A stretch of DNA of 58,414 bases from a virus (lineage: Duplodnaviria; Caudoviricetes), in the IMG/VR virus record IMGVR_UViG_3300013094_000053, positions 1 through 58,414 of that record. One strand, 5' to 3'. This document shows positions 48,550 through 57,285 of this stretch, piece after piece. The notes under the pieces are model-generated. The model saw nothing but the letters and a program-made list of their open reading frames with translations. It was not told the origin of the DNA and ran no database searches. Position 1 is the stretch's first letter. Every line of letters begins with the position of its first letter. A program made the translations under genes and the position numbers.

Positions 48550-48857
48550 TTGAACAAATCAGCTCTATAACAGAGTTTAATGATATGTGTGAATTTATGC
48601 AGGATAAAGATTTGGACACAGCTCTTGAATTGATTATTAAATTAATTACAAAACCAGATGTACCTTCAAATAAAGCACCTGATCTAATTGTAAAGTTACA
48701 AGCAATCAGTGCTAAATTTGCTATGCAGGCAAGATATTACACTACCTTTGAAAAGGGCGGGGATTCCTCAAAGAAAAAGAATACTTATTATACTGCAGCA
48801 GATACAATTGATAAGTTAGTAGATGCATTAAAGTATTCAGCAAGGTATGGTGTTTAA
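48525..48857 (+). CDS. Hypothetical helical protein
   Basis: GGAGG SD; 110 aa; lies in the recombination block. Confidence 0.6.
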   Translation: MAETTGTVVEQISSITEFNDMCEFMQDKDLDTALELIIKLITKPDVPSNKAPDLIVKLQAISAKFAMQARYYTTFEKGGDSSKKKNTYYTAADTIDKLVDALKYSARYGV

Positions 48858-49652
48858 TTGGGATCAATAGGTCAGCTTAAATATAAGCAGTATAAGCCTA
48901 AGTCTGGAACTTTTGATAAGGATAAATTCTTACAAGAGTTTAAGGATACATATGAGAGCAAGGCTGGGTTCACTCAAAAGAAAACATTTGCCCCTAGTAC
49001 AATTGGTTATGGTCATGGTAAGTGTGCTAGATATTGGTATTTAGCATTTAATGGTGCAGAGTTTGAAGATACTGCTGACTACAAGGGTAAAGCCAATATG
49101 GAAAATGGAACCTTTGTTCACGATAGACTTCAATCAAGATTAAGTAAAATGAATAAGAGCTATAAGGTCATTGACCATGAGGCAGAGATTCTTGTTGAAG
49201 ATCCACCAATTCGTGGCTTTAGAGATACACTTATTCTAGATGTTGAAAATAATATTGAAATTCCTTTTGAGATTAAATCAATGAAGGATGACAAATTTGT
49301 TTATAAGCAATCATCTCAGAAGCCAGAAGAAAACCACATGATTCAGCTTCTGATCTATATGTACACAAAGGGTCATGATACTGGTGTGTTCTTCTATGAG
49401 AATAAGAATGACCAAGAGCCATTACTTATTGTAATTGAAATGGACGAGCAGAATAAGAAATTAGTTGAATATGTTCTTGACTGGCTTCGTGGAGTATATA
49501 AGCTTTATGAAGAGAAAACTTTGCCAAGCAGAGCGGGTGAGAGCAAGACTAGAATGCCATGCTCATATTGCCCAGTAAAGAAAACTTGTTGGAAAGAGAT
49601 GAAGTTAGATATAGGCGATGTAGACTATCCAATGATGGAGACAACTATATGA
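48858..49652 (+). CDS. Cas4-like PD-(D/E)xK exonuclease
   Basis: C.R, GT.VH, D, EIKS, QLLIYM, CSYCP...C. Confidence 0.8.
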   Translation: MGSIGQLKYKQYKPKSGTFDKDKFLQEFKDTYESKAGFTQKKTFAPSTIGYGHGKCARYWYLAFNGAEFEDTADYKGKANMENGTFVHDRLQSRLSKMNKSYKVIDHEAEILVEDPPIRGFRDTLILDVENNIEIPFEIKSMKDDKFVYKQSSQKPEENHMIQLLIYMYTKGHDTGVFFYENKNDQEPLLIVIEMDEQNKKLVEYVLDWLRGVYKLYEEKTLPSRAGESKTRMPCSYCPVKKTCWKEMKLDIGDVDYPMMETTI

Positions 49653-49933
49653 TTTGTGCCTATGAAGAATGCAACAACGAGTTTGAGGCAAAGACTCATA
49701 ATCAAAAATACTGTTCAGATGAATGTTGCAAGATAGCAACAAACTTAAAAATCAAAGAAAAGTATCAGAATACCAAAGCTCGTAGGGCTGGAGTTAAGTT
49801 TATATGCAAGAATCGTGGCTGCGATCAAATCTTGAATAGATATAGTAGCAGTGAAGAATGTGAATCTTGCAAGGCTAAAAAGGCTGCTGCTGAGCGTAAA
49901 TCTATATTGGAGATGCTAAATGGGGTTAGCTGA
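49649..49933 (+). CDS. Cys-rich zinc-finger protein
   Basis: C....C, YCS..C, C....C, CESC; ATGA overlap at 49649. Confidence 0.65.
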   Translation: MICAYEECNNEFEAKTHNQKYCSDECCKIATNLKIKEKYQNTKARRAGVKFICKNRGCDQILNRYSSSEECESCKAKKAAAERKSILEMLNGVS

Positions 49934-50474
49934 TCTTCGTAGAACGCCAAGCAAAGTGCTTGGTATAGATGCAAGTACAAATAGCATAGCATTTTGTTTG
50001 ATGGACAACCATAAAGTAAACAAATGGGGGGAAATCGAATTTACTGGAGAGACAGTATACGATAGAATACTTGATGCCAAGAACAAAGTAAAAGCAATTA
50101 AACAGATGCTTGAATATGATTTTATTGCAATTGAAGCAGCCGTTTCAGTAAAATCAGTCGCAACTGGGTTGAAAATGGCTTACGTTTTTGGTACAATTAT
50201 GGGTGAGCTTATGCATGATAATATCAAGGTGGTTGAAGTCCACCCTATTACATGGCAGTCTTATATTGGTAATAAGAATTTTACCAAGGTTGAAAAGGAA
50301 GCGGTACGCAAAGAGTTTCCTGGGAAATCGGAGAACTGGTATAAGGCTAAGATAAGAGAAATTAGAAAGGGCAAAACAATTAAGTTTGCACAAACAAAAG
50401 GCGTTGGCACAAATAGTGACAATGTTGCAGATGCAGTTGGAATTGCTTGGTATGCTGTAAATGAAATTGTATGA
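49920..50474 (+). CDS. ruvC: RuvC-like resolvase
   Basis: VLGIDAS, AIE, P.TW, K, DNVADAVGIA. Confidence 0.75.
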   Translation: MGLADLRRTPSKVLGIDASTNSIAFCLMDNHKVNKWGEIEFTGETVYDRILDAKNKVKAIKQMLEYDFIAIEAAVSVKSVATGLKMAYVFGTIMGELMHDNIKVVEVHPITWQSYIGNKNFTKVEKEAVRKEFPGKSENWYKAKIREIRKGKTIKFAQTKGVGTNSDNVADAVGIAWYAVNEIV

Positions 50475-50607
50475 AAGTAAAGAATGGCTATATAAGAGAT
50501 ATCTTGTACAAAAGAAAAGCCTTGATGAAATTGCAAAAGAGGCTGGTTGTAGCAGAATGACTATAATTAGATATTTAGAAAAGTATGGAATAGGAAAGAT
50601 CAAGTAA
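50461..50607 (+). CDS. 48-aa HTH protein (not in ORF track)
   Basis: MKLYESKEWLYKRYLVQKKSLDEIAKEAGCSRMTIIRYLEKYGIGKIK*. Confidence 0.7.
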   Translation: MKLYESKEWLYKRYLVQKKSLDEIAKEAGCSRMTIIRYLEKYGIGKIK

Positions 50608-50783
50608 TGCCTACATATGAATATAATTGTGTCACATGTGATACAAAGACAGAAGTCAGACGAAGTTTTGATGAAGAAGAAAAAACCCCGCCGTGCCCTA
50701 AGTGTGGTTATAACATGACTAGGGTATTTAATACTTTTGGTATACATTTTAATGCCAAAGGGTTTTATTCAACAGGAGGATAA
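50607..50783 (+). CDS. FmdB-like zinc-ribbon protein (not in ORF track)
   Basis: MPTYEYNCVTC...CPKCG...FNAKGFYSTGG*; TAATG overlap. Confidence 0.8.
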   Translation: MPTYEYNCVTCDTKTEVRRSFDEEEKTPPCPKCGYNMTRVFNTFGIHFNAKGFYSTGG

Positions 50784-50784
50784 T

Positions 50785-51312
50785 ATGAGTGACAATGCCA
50801 TTGAACTAGCAGATAGTTTTGAGCAGATGAATAAAGTTGTTTCTGAATTTATTAAAGGAAACAATGTGAATGCTATCGCTAAGCAATTTGACTTAAAGCC
50901 AATACAAGTATCAAACATGCTTAATACTTGGCGTGAATTGATGCATGGTGATAATGGTATTCGTGAGAGAGCTAAGGAAGCCTTGGGAGCAGCTGATCAA
51001 CATTACTCTATGGTTATACAGGAAGCTTGGAAAACAGTAAAGCAAGCAGACGATCAGGATGCACTTAATATTAAATCTCAGGCTTTAAAGCTAATTGCTG
51101 ACGTTGAGTCAAAGAGAATTGACATGTTGCAAAAAGCTGGCGTTATTGAAAAGAATGAAATGTCAGATCAAATACTTGAGACTGAAAGAAAGCAAGAAGT
51201 TCTTGTTGGAATTCTTCGTGACGTTACCTCTACCTGCCCAAATTGCAAACAAGAAGTAGCCAGAAGATTATCTGCCGTAACTAATAAAGTTGAGGTAATA
51301 TCAGTTGACTGA
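50785..51312 (+). CDS. HTH-containing protein, putative terminase small subunit
   Basis: AGGAGG SD before ATG 50785; N-terminal HTH, helical body; overlaps the large subunit start. Confidence 0.55.
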   Translation: MSDNAIELADSFEQMNKVVSEFIKGNNVNAIAKQFDLKPIQVSNMLNTWRELMHGDNGIRERAKEALGAADQHYSMVIQEAWKTVKQADDQDALNIKSQALKLIADVESKRIDMLQKAGVIEKNEMSDQILETERKQEVLVGILRDVTSTCPNCKQEVARRLSAVTNKVEVISVD

Positions 51313-53140
51313 TTTTAGTGATTTTCTTGAAGCACTTGAAGAAGATGCTTTTGAAGAAATACCAGTTGAGATTGAAGAATTTGTAACGTCCAAAGACTAT
51401 TTAGGACTACCTCCGCTTTCTGATTATCAATATATGATGATTAAGGCTTCAACTCAAATTTATAAAAGAGAAACTCTTATAAAACTTTACGGTGAAATAG
51501 AAGGCGAAAAACGTTGGAAGCAGACCTGTAAGGAAGTTATCTTTCAACTAGGTAAGGGTTCTGGTAAAGACTACACATCAACAATTGCATGTTCTTATGT
51601 AGTTTACCTATTGCTGTGTCTTAAAGATCCAGCAAGATATTATGGCAAGCCTCCAGGAGACAGCATTGATATTATTAACGTTGCTGTTAACGCTGTTCAG
51701 GCACAACAAGTTTTCTTTAAAGGCTTTAAGAATAGAATAACCAGATGTCGCTGGTTTGATGGCAAATATAATGAAAAGGTAGGAAGCGTAGAGTTTTCTA
51801 AAAGCATTACGGTTCACTCTGGTCACTCCCAAAGAGAATCTTGGGAAGGATACAACCTTTTGTTTGCTGTACTTGATGAGATTTCAGGCTTTGATTTGGA
51901 ATCTACAAGCGGAAACGAGCAGGCAAAGACTGCTTCAGCCATCTACAACATGTTTAAAAACTCCGTAGACTCACGTTTTCCACAGTTTGGTAAAATCATT
52001 TTGCTGTCGTTCCCACGTTTCAAGAATGACTTTATACAACAAAGATACAATGAAGTGATTGCGGACAAGGAAGTTGTAACAAGAACCCATACCTTTAAGG
52101 TTGACGAAGATCTTCCAGATGGAACTGAGGGTAACGAATTTACAATTCAATGGGAAGAAGACCATATCTTAAACTATAGCGTTCCAAAAACATTTGCATT
52201 GAGAAGGCCAACATGGGAAATTAATCCAACTATTAAAATTTCAGATCTGGCAATGAACTTCTACACCAACCCAATTGATGCCTTGGCTAGATTTGCCTGC
52301 ATGCCACCAGAGGCTGTAGATGCTATGTTCTCATCCCGTGAAAAGGTAGAGCATGCATTTAGCAATTTGAATGTAGCCCTAGATGAAAATAATGCTTTCA
52401 GAGATTGGTTTAAACCAGACCCAGATAAATATTATTACATTCACGTTGACTTGGCTCAAAAGCATGACCATTGTGCAGTAACAATGGCTCACGTTGACAA
52501 ATGGGTTACTATGAAGATGGCGGGAGCCATGACTGATGCTGCTCCATATGTTGTAGTAGATGCAGTAAGATACTGGACACCAAGTAAAGAAAATGTAGTT
52601 GATTTTACTGAGGTTAAGAATTATATTATTTCTTTGAAGCAGCGTGGCTTTAATGTTCGCAGAGTAACATTTGACCGCTGGAATTCATACGATATGATGG
52701 AACAATTAAAAGCTCAGGGTATGAATTGTGAAATTCTATCTGTAGCCAAAAAGCATTATGAAGACATGCTTTTGACTGTCATGGAAGAGCGGGTAAATGG
52801 TCCAAGAATCCCACTGCTTATTGATGAATTACTACAACTTAGAATTATAAAGAAGGACAAAGTTGACCACCCACGAAAAGGTTCAAAAGACTTGGCGGAT
52901 GCGACTTGTGGTGCAATTTATAATGCGATATCATTAACACCTAAAGGCGATAATGAAGTTCATATTTATTCATATGATCAGTTTGATGAAGATGTTGAAG
53001 GGGATGAACCTGTGAAGTATGATGATAATGTAATCAGACAGCCGAAACAGAGACAAATGCCTTCTCATCTTAGAGAATATTTAGGTCTGGAAGATACTGA
53101 TCCAGAGCGTTCATTTGTAGACAATTTCACAATACTGTAG
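51305..53140 (+). CDS. terL: Terminase large subunit
   Basis: GKGSGKD Walker A, AVLDE Walker B, HVDLA nuclease, DH...SKDLADA. Confidence 0.88.
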   Translation: MTDFSDFLEALEEDAFEEIPVEIEEFVTSKDYLGLPPLSDYQYMMIKASTQIYKRETLIKLYGEIEGEKRWKQTCKEVIFQLGKGSGKDYTSTIACSYVVYLLLCLKDPARYYGKPPGDSIDIINVAVNAVQAQQVFFKGFKNRITRCRWFDGKYNEKVGSVEFSKSITVHSGHSQRESWEGYNLLFAVLDEISGFDLESTSGNEQAKTASAIYNMFKNSVDSRFPQFGKIILLSFPRFKNDFIQQRYNEVIADKEVVTRTHTFKVDEDLPDGTEGNEFTIQWEEDHILNYSVPKTFALRRPTWEINPTIKISDLAMNFYTNPIDALARFACMPPEAVDAMFSSREKVEHAFSNLNVALDENNAFRDWFKPDPDKYYYIHVDLAQKHDHCAVTMAHVDKWVTMKMAGAMTDAAPYVVVDAVRYWTPSKENVVDFTEVKNYIISLKQRGFNVRRVTFDRWNSYDMMEQLKAQGMNCEILSVAKKHYEDMLLTVMEERVNGPRIPLLIDELLQLRIIKKDKVDHPRKGSKDLADATCGAIYNAISLTPKGDNEVHIYSYDQFDEDVEGDEPVKYDDNVIRQPKQRQMPSHLREYLGLEDTDPERSFVDNFTIL

Positions 53141-53148
53141 AGTAACTT

Positions 53149-53379
53149 ATGTTTAAGCGTAAAAAAGAAATTGATTATGAACAGTTGTATCACGATTCTC
53201 AGCAAAAATTAAGCTGGTACATTGATGCCTTAGAGACAAAACAAATGCAATGTGATACAATTGAGTCTATTGCGGAAAAGCTCCGTAAAGAAAATAAAAC
53301 TTTAAAAGAAGAACTTACAGCCCTAAAGCAAGGGCTATTAGATTTACCTAAACTATTGGGTAAAAACCTAGGAAAATAA
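53149..53379 (+). CDS. Small coiled-coil protein
   Basis: 76-aa ORF filling the gap. Confidence 0.55.
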   Translation: MFKRKKEIDYEQLYHDSQQKLSWYIDALETKQMQCDTIESIAEKLRKENKTLKEELTALKQGLLDLPKLLGKNLGK

Positions 53380-53397
53380 CCAAACGAAAAGGAAAAA

Positions 53398-54510
53398 ATG
53401 AAAACAACAAAAAAGATCGCAATTGCTACTGCTGCAGCCCTAGCATTTGTAGGAATTTCAACATCAGCTCATGCTACACCGCTTTCGGTGACAGTGGCTG
53501 GAGTTGCTAACACAACAACATCTGCAGCTCCACAAGTAGTTGCAGTTCCAACATCAAACGTTATTGATGGATCGGATACCGTTGCTCTTACTGCTACTGC
53601 AGACACAGCAACAGCAGTATCATTTGTTGGCTCAGGCGTAAAGCTTGTTTCAGCACTTAATACATCAACTATCCCAGTATCATCTACCAGTGGAGTGTCA
53701 GCAATTTCTGCAACATCAACTGGTGCAGCAATTACAGTTTATGCATACACAACCAGCACAAACACTGGTTCAGTAACCATTACAAATGGTGCATATTCAA
53801 CGATTGTATACATCAAGGGAAGTGCTGGTCCTGCATCTAATGTAGTACTATCTGTACCTGCTACAGCAGCAGTTAATACTGCTCCAACATTCACAGTTTC
53901 AGCAACTGACGTATTTGGCAACCCAGTGGCATCAGAGCCAATCTCTGTAACACTAATCGGAGCATCGTTCTCTGATTCATCAATTACTAAGGTTATAACA
54001 ACTTCTTCAGTAACATCTGCAGCGGGCGTAACCCCAGTAACTGTACTTGGTTCAGCAACAGGCACATTGTCTCCACTTTCTGGTGGAACAGTTACAGTTG
54101 TTGCAACAGATACAGGAATCGGCTCAAACGCAGTTGGACTACCTGCACCTGTAAAGACTGCAATTGGAACATTTTCAGTAGCAGATCTTAATGCCCAGAT
54201 TGCAGTGCTTAATGCACAATTGGCAACTGTAAATGCAACGCTTACAAAGGCTCAGGCTGATCTTGCGACTGCACTTGCTGATCTTGCGACAGAAAAGGCA
54301 TCTCATGCATCTGACCTAACTGCTGCACAAAATGCACTTAATGCAGAGAAGACTGCACATGCAACAGATTTGGCAAATGCAACTGCAGCTCTTACCGCAG
54401 AACAGACAGCACATACATCTGATCTAGCAAAGGCTCAGGCAAAGTACAATGCACTTGTTAAGCTTTACAACGCTAAGGCTAAGAAGTACAAGTTCGCTAC
54501 GACTAAGTAG
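53398..54510 (+). CDS. Secreted surface protein (signal peptide, Ig-like region, coiled coil, basic C-terminus)
   Basis: MKTTKK-hydrophobic-AHA signal peptide; ATDVFGNPV Ig-like motif; heptads; KYNALVKLYNAKAKKYK. Confidence 0.7.
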   Translation: MKTTKKIAIATAAALAFVGISTSAHATPLSVTVAGVANTTTSAAPQVVAVPTSNVIDGSDTVALTATADTATAVSFVGSGVKLVSALNTSTIPVSSTSGVSAISATSTGAAITVYAYTTSTNTGSVTITNGAYSTIVYIKGSAGPASNVVLSVPATAAVNTAPTFTVSATDVFGNPVASEPISVTLIGASFSDSSITKVITTSSVTSAAGVTPVTVLGSATGTLSPLSGGTVTVVATDTGIGSNAVGLPAPVKTAIGTFSVADLNAQIAVLNAQLATVNATLTKAQADLATALADLATEKASHASDLTAAQNALNAEKTAHATDLANATAALTAEQTAHTSDLAKAQAKYNALVKLYNAKAKKYKFATTK

Positions 54511-54524
54511 CATTTAGTACAACT

Positions 54525-54557
54525 GGGTAGGGCGAGTTGAATAAACTCGCCCTATTT
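54525..54557 (+). terminator. Hairpin terminator
   Basis: tagggcgagtt-gaata-aactcgcccta followed by ttt. Confidence 0.8.
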
Positions 54558-54565
54558 GGTATAAT
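54557..54565 (+). promoter_or_regulatory. Extended -10 promoter
   Basis: TGGTATAAT 9 nt before ATG 54575. Confidence 0.55.
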
Positions 54566-54574
54566 GGGGGTAAT

Positions 54575-54841
54575 ATGAATAATGAATTATGGTCTTGGGG
54601 ATTATCAATTATAGGTGTCATTGGCATCTATTTGACTGGTCGCAAGAATTGGCGGGGATATGCAGTAGGCATAGTAACTGAATGTGCTTGGGTTGCATAT
54701 AGCATAGTAACAAAGCAATGGGGATTTATATTTGGATCAACCATTTATATATCTGTATACCTGCTTAATATTAACAAATGGTTAACTGAAGCCAAATCAC
54801 TAAAGAGTCGTTTCCATATACATATCTTTAGAAAAAAATAG
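54575..54841 (+). CDS. PnuC-like small membrane protein
   Basis: Three hydrophobic segments; G.Y.TGRK.W.G, W..Y, QWGF. Confidence 0.55.
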   Translation: MNNELWSWGLSIIGVIGIYLTGRKNWRGYAVGIVTECAWVAYSIVTKQWGFIFGSTIYISVYLLNINKWLTEAKSLKSRFHIHIFRKK

Positions 54842-54858
54842 ATTTTATGGCTTATTTA

Positions 54859-54867
54859 TGGTAAAAT
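54859..54867 (+). promoter_or_regulatory. Extended -10 promoter for the lysis cassette
   Basis: TGGTAAAAT 8 nt before ATG 54876, no SD. Confidence 0.5.
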
Positions 54868-54875
54868 AAGCATAT

Positions 54876-55166
54876 ATGAGCATACGTAAATATCATAGAG
54901 CATTAAGAAAATATGTAGCCAGAAACCCAGCCAGGGCATCTGGCTATTTTGCTACGTTCACCTTGATTATTAACAAGATGTATAATTTTAGAAGCCTAGG
55001 CCTAGTCATGTTTTTTGGTGCCTTGGTGATCGGTTTTGGAGAATCCGCTCAAAGAGCTGAAGACAAGAAGACTATCAGTGCTATTTATGTAGACAATGAG
55101 CCTAATACTCCAGATAGCATACTACTAGATGCAATTACTGATGTTTCAAATAAAAGGGGTAAATAA
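54876..55166 (+). CDS. Membrane protein, holin-like
   Basis: Basic N-terminus, two hydrophobic segments; coupled to endolysin. Confidence 0.45.
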   Translation: MSIRKYHRALRKYVARNPARASGYFATFTLIINKMYNFRSLGLVMFFGALVIGFGESAQRAEDKKTISAIYVDNEPNTPDSILLDAITDVSNKRGK

Positions 55167-56017
55167 TGGCTACCGCATTAGATGTACTAAATGTCGCTAG
55201 AACTCAAATAGGTTTTCATGAAGGAGTCTCAAATGAGAACCCATACGGGGACTGGTACGGAATTCCGTCAGCTCCGTATTGTGCCATGGGATTGAGTTGG
55301 TGTTTTGCTCAAGTTGGACTATCACATTTAATTGCTGCACAAACTCCTAAAGGATTTTCATTTAATCCAGCAGCCTTACATTGGTTTCAAATGCAAGGGC
55401 TTGTTGTAAACAAAATGTCCATGCAACCAGGTGATCTGGTTATGTATGATTGGAACGGCGATGGGGTTACGGACCACGTAGAGCTGTGTGAAGCAGCAAG
55501 TCCAGGAGGATTCACCACAATTGCCTTCAATACTGGCAACCCAAATGATCCAACAAAAGAGGGATGTTGGAGAGTTCACAGAAACTATCTTTTTGTCATT
55601 GCAGTAATTAGACCAAGGTATCCAGTTCCATTAAAGCCAACTGCACCAGTATCAGCAAGCAAGAAAGCTGTGGCAGGAGTAACAGGTACCGCAACAGTAC
55701 TCACAGGCGGATTGCTCTACACTCACCCTGGAACAACAAATGGAACTACTGTAACTTCTCCATCACAAACTGTATTTATCGCACCACCATTTCCAAGTAC
55801 ACAGCAATCATTTGCATTAGGACAAACTAATGATGCTGTTATGACAGTTCAGAAAGCCTTATTTAAAAAGGGATTATTGGCATCTAAATACGTTACTGGA
55901 ACAATGAATACTCAAACTGAAGCAGCATTAAAGGTATTTGACAAAAAAGCTGGTATCATAGTTCAAGGTGGGGCAGTCCCACAAATAGTTTATGATACAT
56001 TGAAGGGGTCACTATGA
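55166..56017 (+). CDS. Endolysin: CHAP domain plus peptidoglycan-binding domain
   Basis: YCAMG (Cys), PGDLVMYDW, DHVE (His), NT; C-terminal V..VQ.AL...G...TG....T..ALK.F. Confidence 0.8.
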   Translation: MATALDVLNVARTQIGFHEGVSNENPYGDWYGIPSAPYCAMGLSWCFAQVGLSHLIAAQTPKGFSFNPAALHWFQMQGLVVNKMSMQPGDLVMYDWNGDGVTDHVELCEAASPGGFTTIAFNTGNPNDPTKEGCWRVHRNYLFVIAVIRPRYPVPLKPTAPVSASKKAVAGVTGTATVLTGGLLYTHPGTTNGTTVTSPSQTVFIAPPFPSTQQSFALGQTNDAVMTVQKALFKKGLLASKYVTGTMNTQTEAALKVFDKKAGIIVQGGAVPQIVYDTLKGSL

Positions 56018-56352
56018 GCCTAAAACATCATTTCAAATTTCATATAGCAGATGCAAAACAATTGTCAATCGCTTTCATGGGAGCATTCAGCACATGGGCA
56101 GCGACGGGATTCCAAAGAGATTTACCACATCTAGGCTATGTATTAATTGGTTTTGTAACTGGAGGATTAGTTTCACACAATTCTTCTATGAGTCCAAATG
56201 TAATGCCAGACTCTCACATACAAACGCCTTATGTAAATAATATTGATGATAAAAGCAATGATGTCCCAAAGCCTATATCTACAGATACATATAAATCAGA
56301 AGGAGCCGATGTTAAAGAAGTTATAAAAATTAACAGCGGATTGATAAAATGA
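56014..56352 (+). CDS. Holin-like membrane protein
   Basis: Two hydrophobic segments; ATGA overlap with endolysin. Confidence 0.45.
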   Translation: MSLKHHFKFHIADAKQLSIAFMGAFSTWAATGFQRDLPHLGYVLIGFVTGGLVSHNSSMSPNVMPDSHIQTPYVNNIDDKSNDVPKPISTDTYKSEGADVKEVIKINSGLIK

Positions 56353-56807
56353 CAGACGCACATGATCAAAAAATAACACTAAACATTCTGGCTCACATTC
56401 CAGAACACGATCCTAGAGAAAAGGATCCAAATTATAAATATTTCAATGCTGCCAAAAGAAAAATTAAAAAGGCAGGACTTTGGAAATGTGTAATTAATGA
56501 TGATCTTTGTGGTGGACAGCCAGAACTGCATCATACTTACGTGGAATTCAGCCAAATTCCAAATGCTGATAAGACAAAGATTGAAGAGTATTTTGGTTTA
56601 CATTTTACAAATGACCAAGAATTTGCTGAATGGTTGGAAAGCCCAGGCAACCTTGAAGTACTTTGTACCAATCACCACAGAACCCACTATGGGATTCATT
56701 CATTACCACACGCACTGTGGGAATCTTTAAGATTTAGAAAAAACGGGACTGCCCCTGCAGCAGAAATAATAACAAAAGGAGATAATAAAAATGTACCAAC
56801 CACGTAA
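56349..56807 (+). CDS. HNH-like protein
   Basis: C..C, ELHH, NLEVLC..HH, GIH. Confidence 0.55.
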   Translation: MTDAHDQKITLNILAHIPEHDPREKDPNYKYFNAAKRKIKKAGLWKCVINDDLCGGQPELHHTYVEFSQIPNADKTKIEEYFGLHFTNDQEFAEWLESPGNLEVLCTNHHRTHYGIHSLPHALWESLRFRKNGTAPAAEIITKGDNKNVPTT

Positions 56808-57270
56808 AGGTGATTTTGGAGTAGTAAGAACAAATGGGGCAGCAGCTAGACTTATACAAGTCGGAAATCTGTCAAGATGGAACCATGTAGTAGTATATTT
56901 GGGGAATGGATTAATTGCTGAAGCAACCCCAGGCAAAGGTATTATAATCAGCCATGTAGACAAATATAAAAAAATTGCATGGAATCAACATCAAGATTTG
57001 ACAGATGAGCAAAGAGATATTATATTCAAGAAGGCTCAAAGCCTAATAGGAACAGTATATGGTTTCCTAGACATTGCTGTTCTAGCTCTCAGAATTTTGG
57101 GCTTGAAGTTGTTGAAGGGTAAGCTTGTTGAAAAGTTGGCTGTCAGACAAGGAATCATTTGTTCTGAATTTGCAGCAATCTGTTATGCAGCTGCTGGAAT
57201 TCAATTAGTTAATAAGCCAGAATATTTAGTGACTCCAGGCGATTTGGCTGAAGTTCTTATATATCAGTAA
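56791..57270 (+). CDS. Permuted papain-like NlpC/P60 protein (YiiX/YebB-like)
   Basis: GD, WNHV (His), EA, Y, ICSE (Cys), TPGDL. Confidence 0.75.
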   Translation: MYQPRKGDFGVVRTNGAAARLIQVGNLSRWNHVVVYLGNGLIAEATPGKGIIISHVDKYKKIAWNQHQDLTDEQRDIIFKKAQSLIGTVYGFLDIAVLALRILGLKLLKGKLVEKLAVRQGIICSEFAAICYAAAGIQLVNKPEYLVTPGDLAEVLIYQ

Positions 57271-57279
57271 TGGTATAAT
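57271..57279 (+). promoter_or_regulatory. Extended -10 promoter, predicted leaderless
   Basis: TGGTATAAT, 6 nt, ATG 57286; no SD. Confidence 0.6.
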
Positions 57280-57285
57280 TAGAGT

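Noticed and set aside
48858-49652. CRISPR-Cas function for the Cas4-like gene
   Set aside because: No array or other cas genes; solo Cas4-like nucleases are usual in phage recombination blocks
50154-50747. 197-aa minus-strand ORF and the 50737 start of the next gene
   Set aside because: Region is tiled on + by RuvC-like, HTH and FmdB-like genes; ATG 50785 has the SD
40273-53140. Inteins or introns in DnaB, DnaE, RecA or TerL
   Set aside because: Lengths are ordinary and I saw no C...HN-[CST] splice motifs or homing-endonuclease insertions
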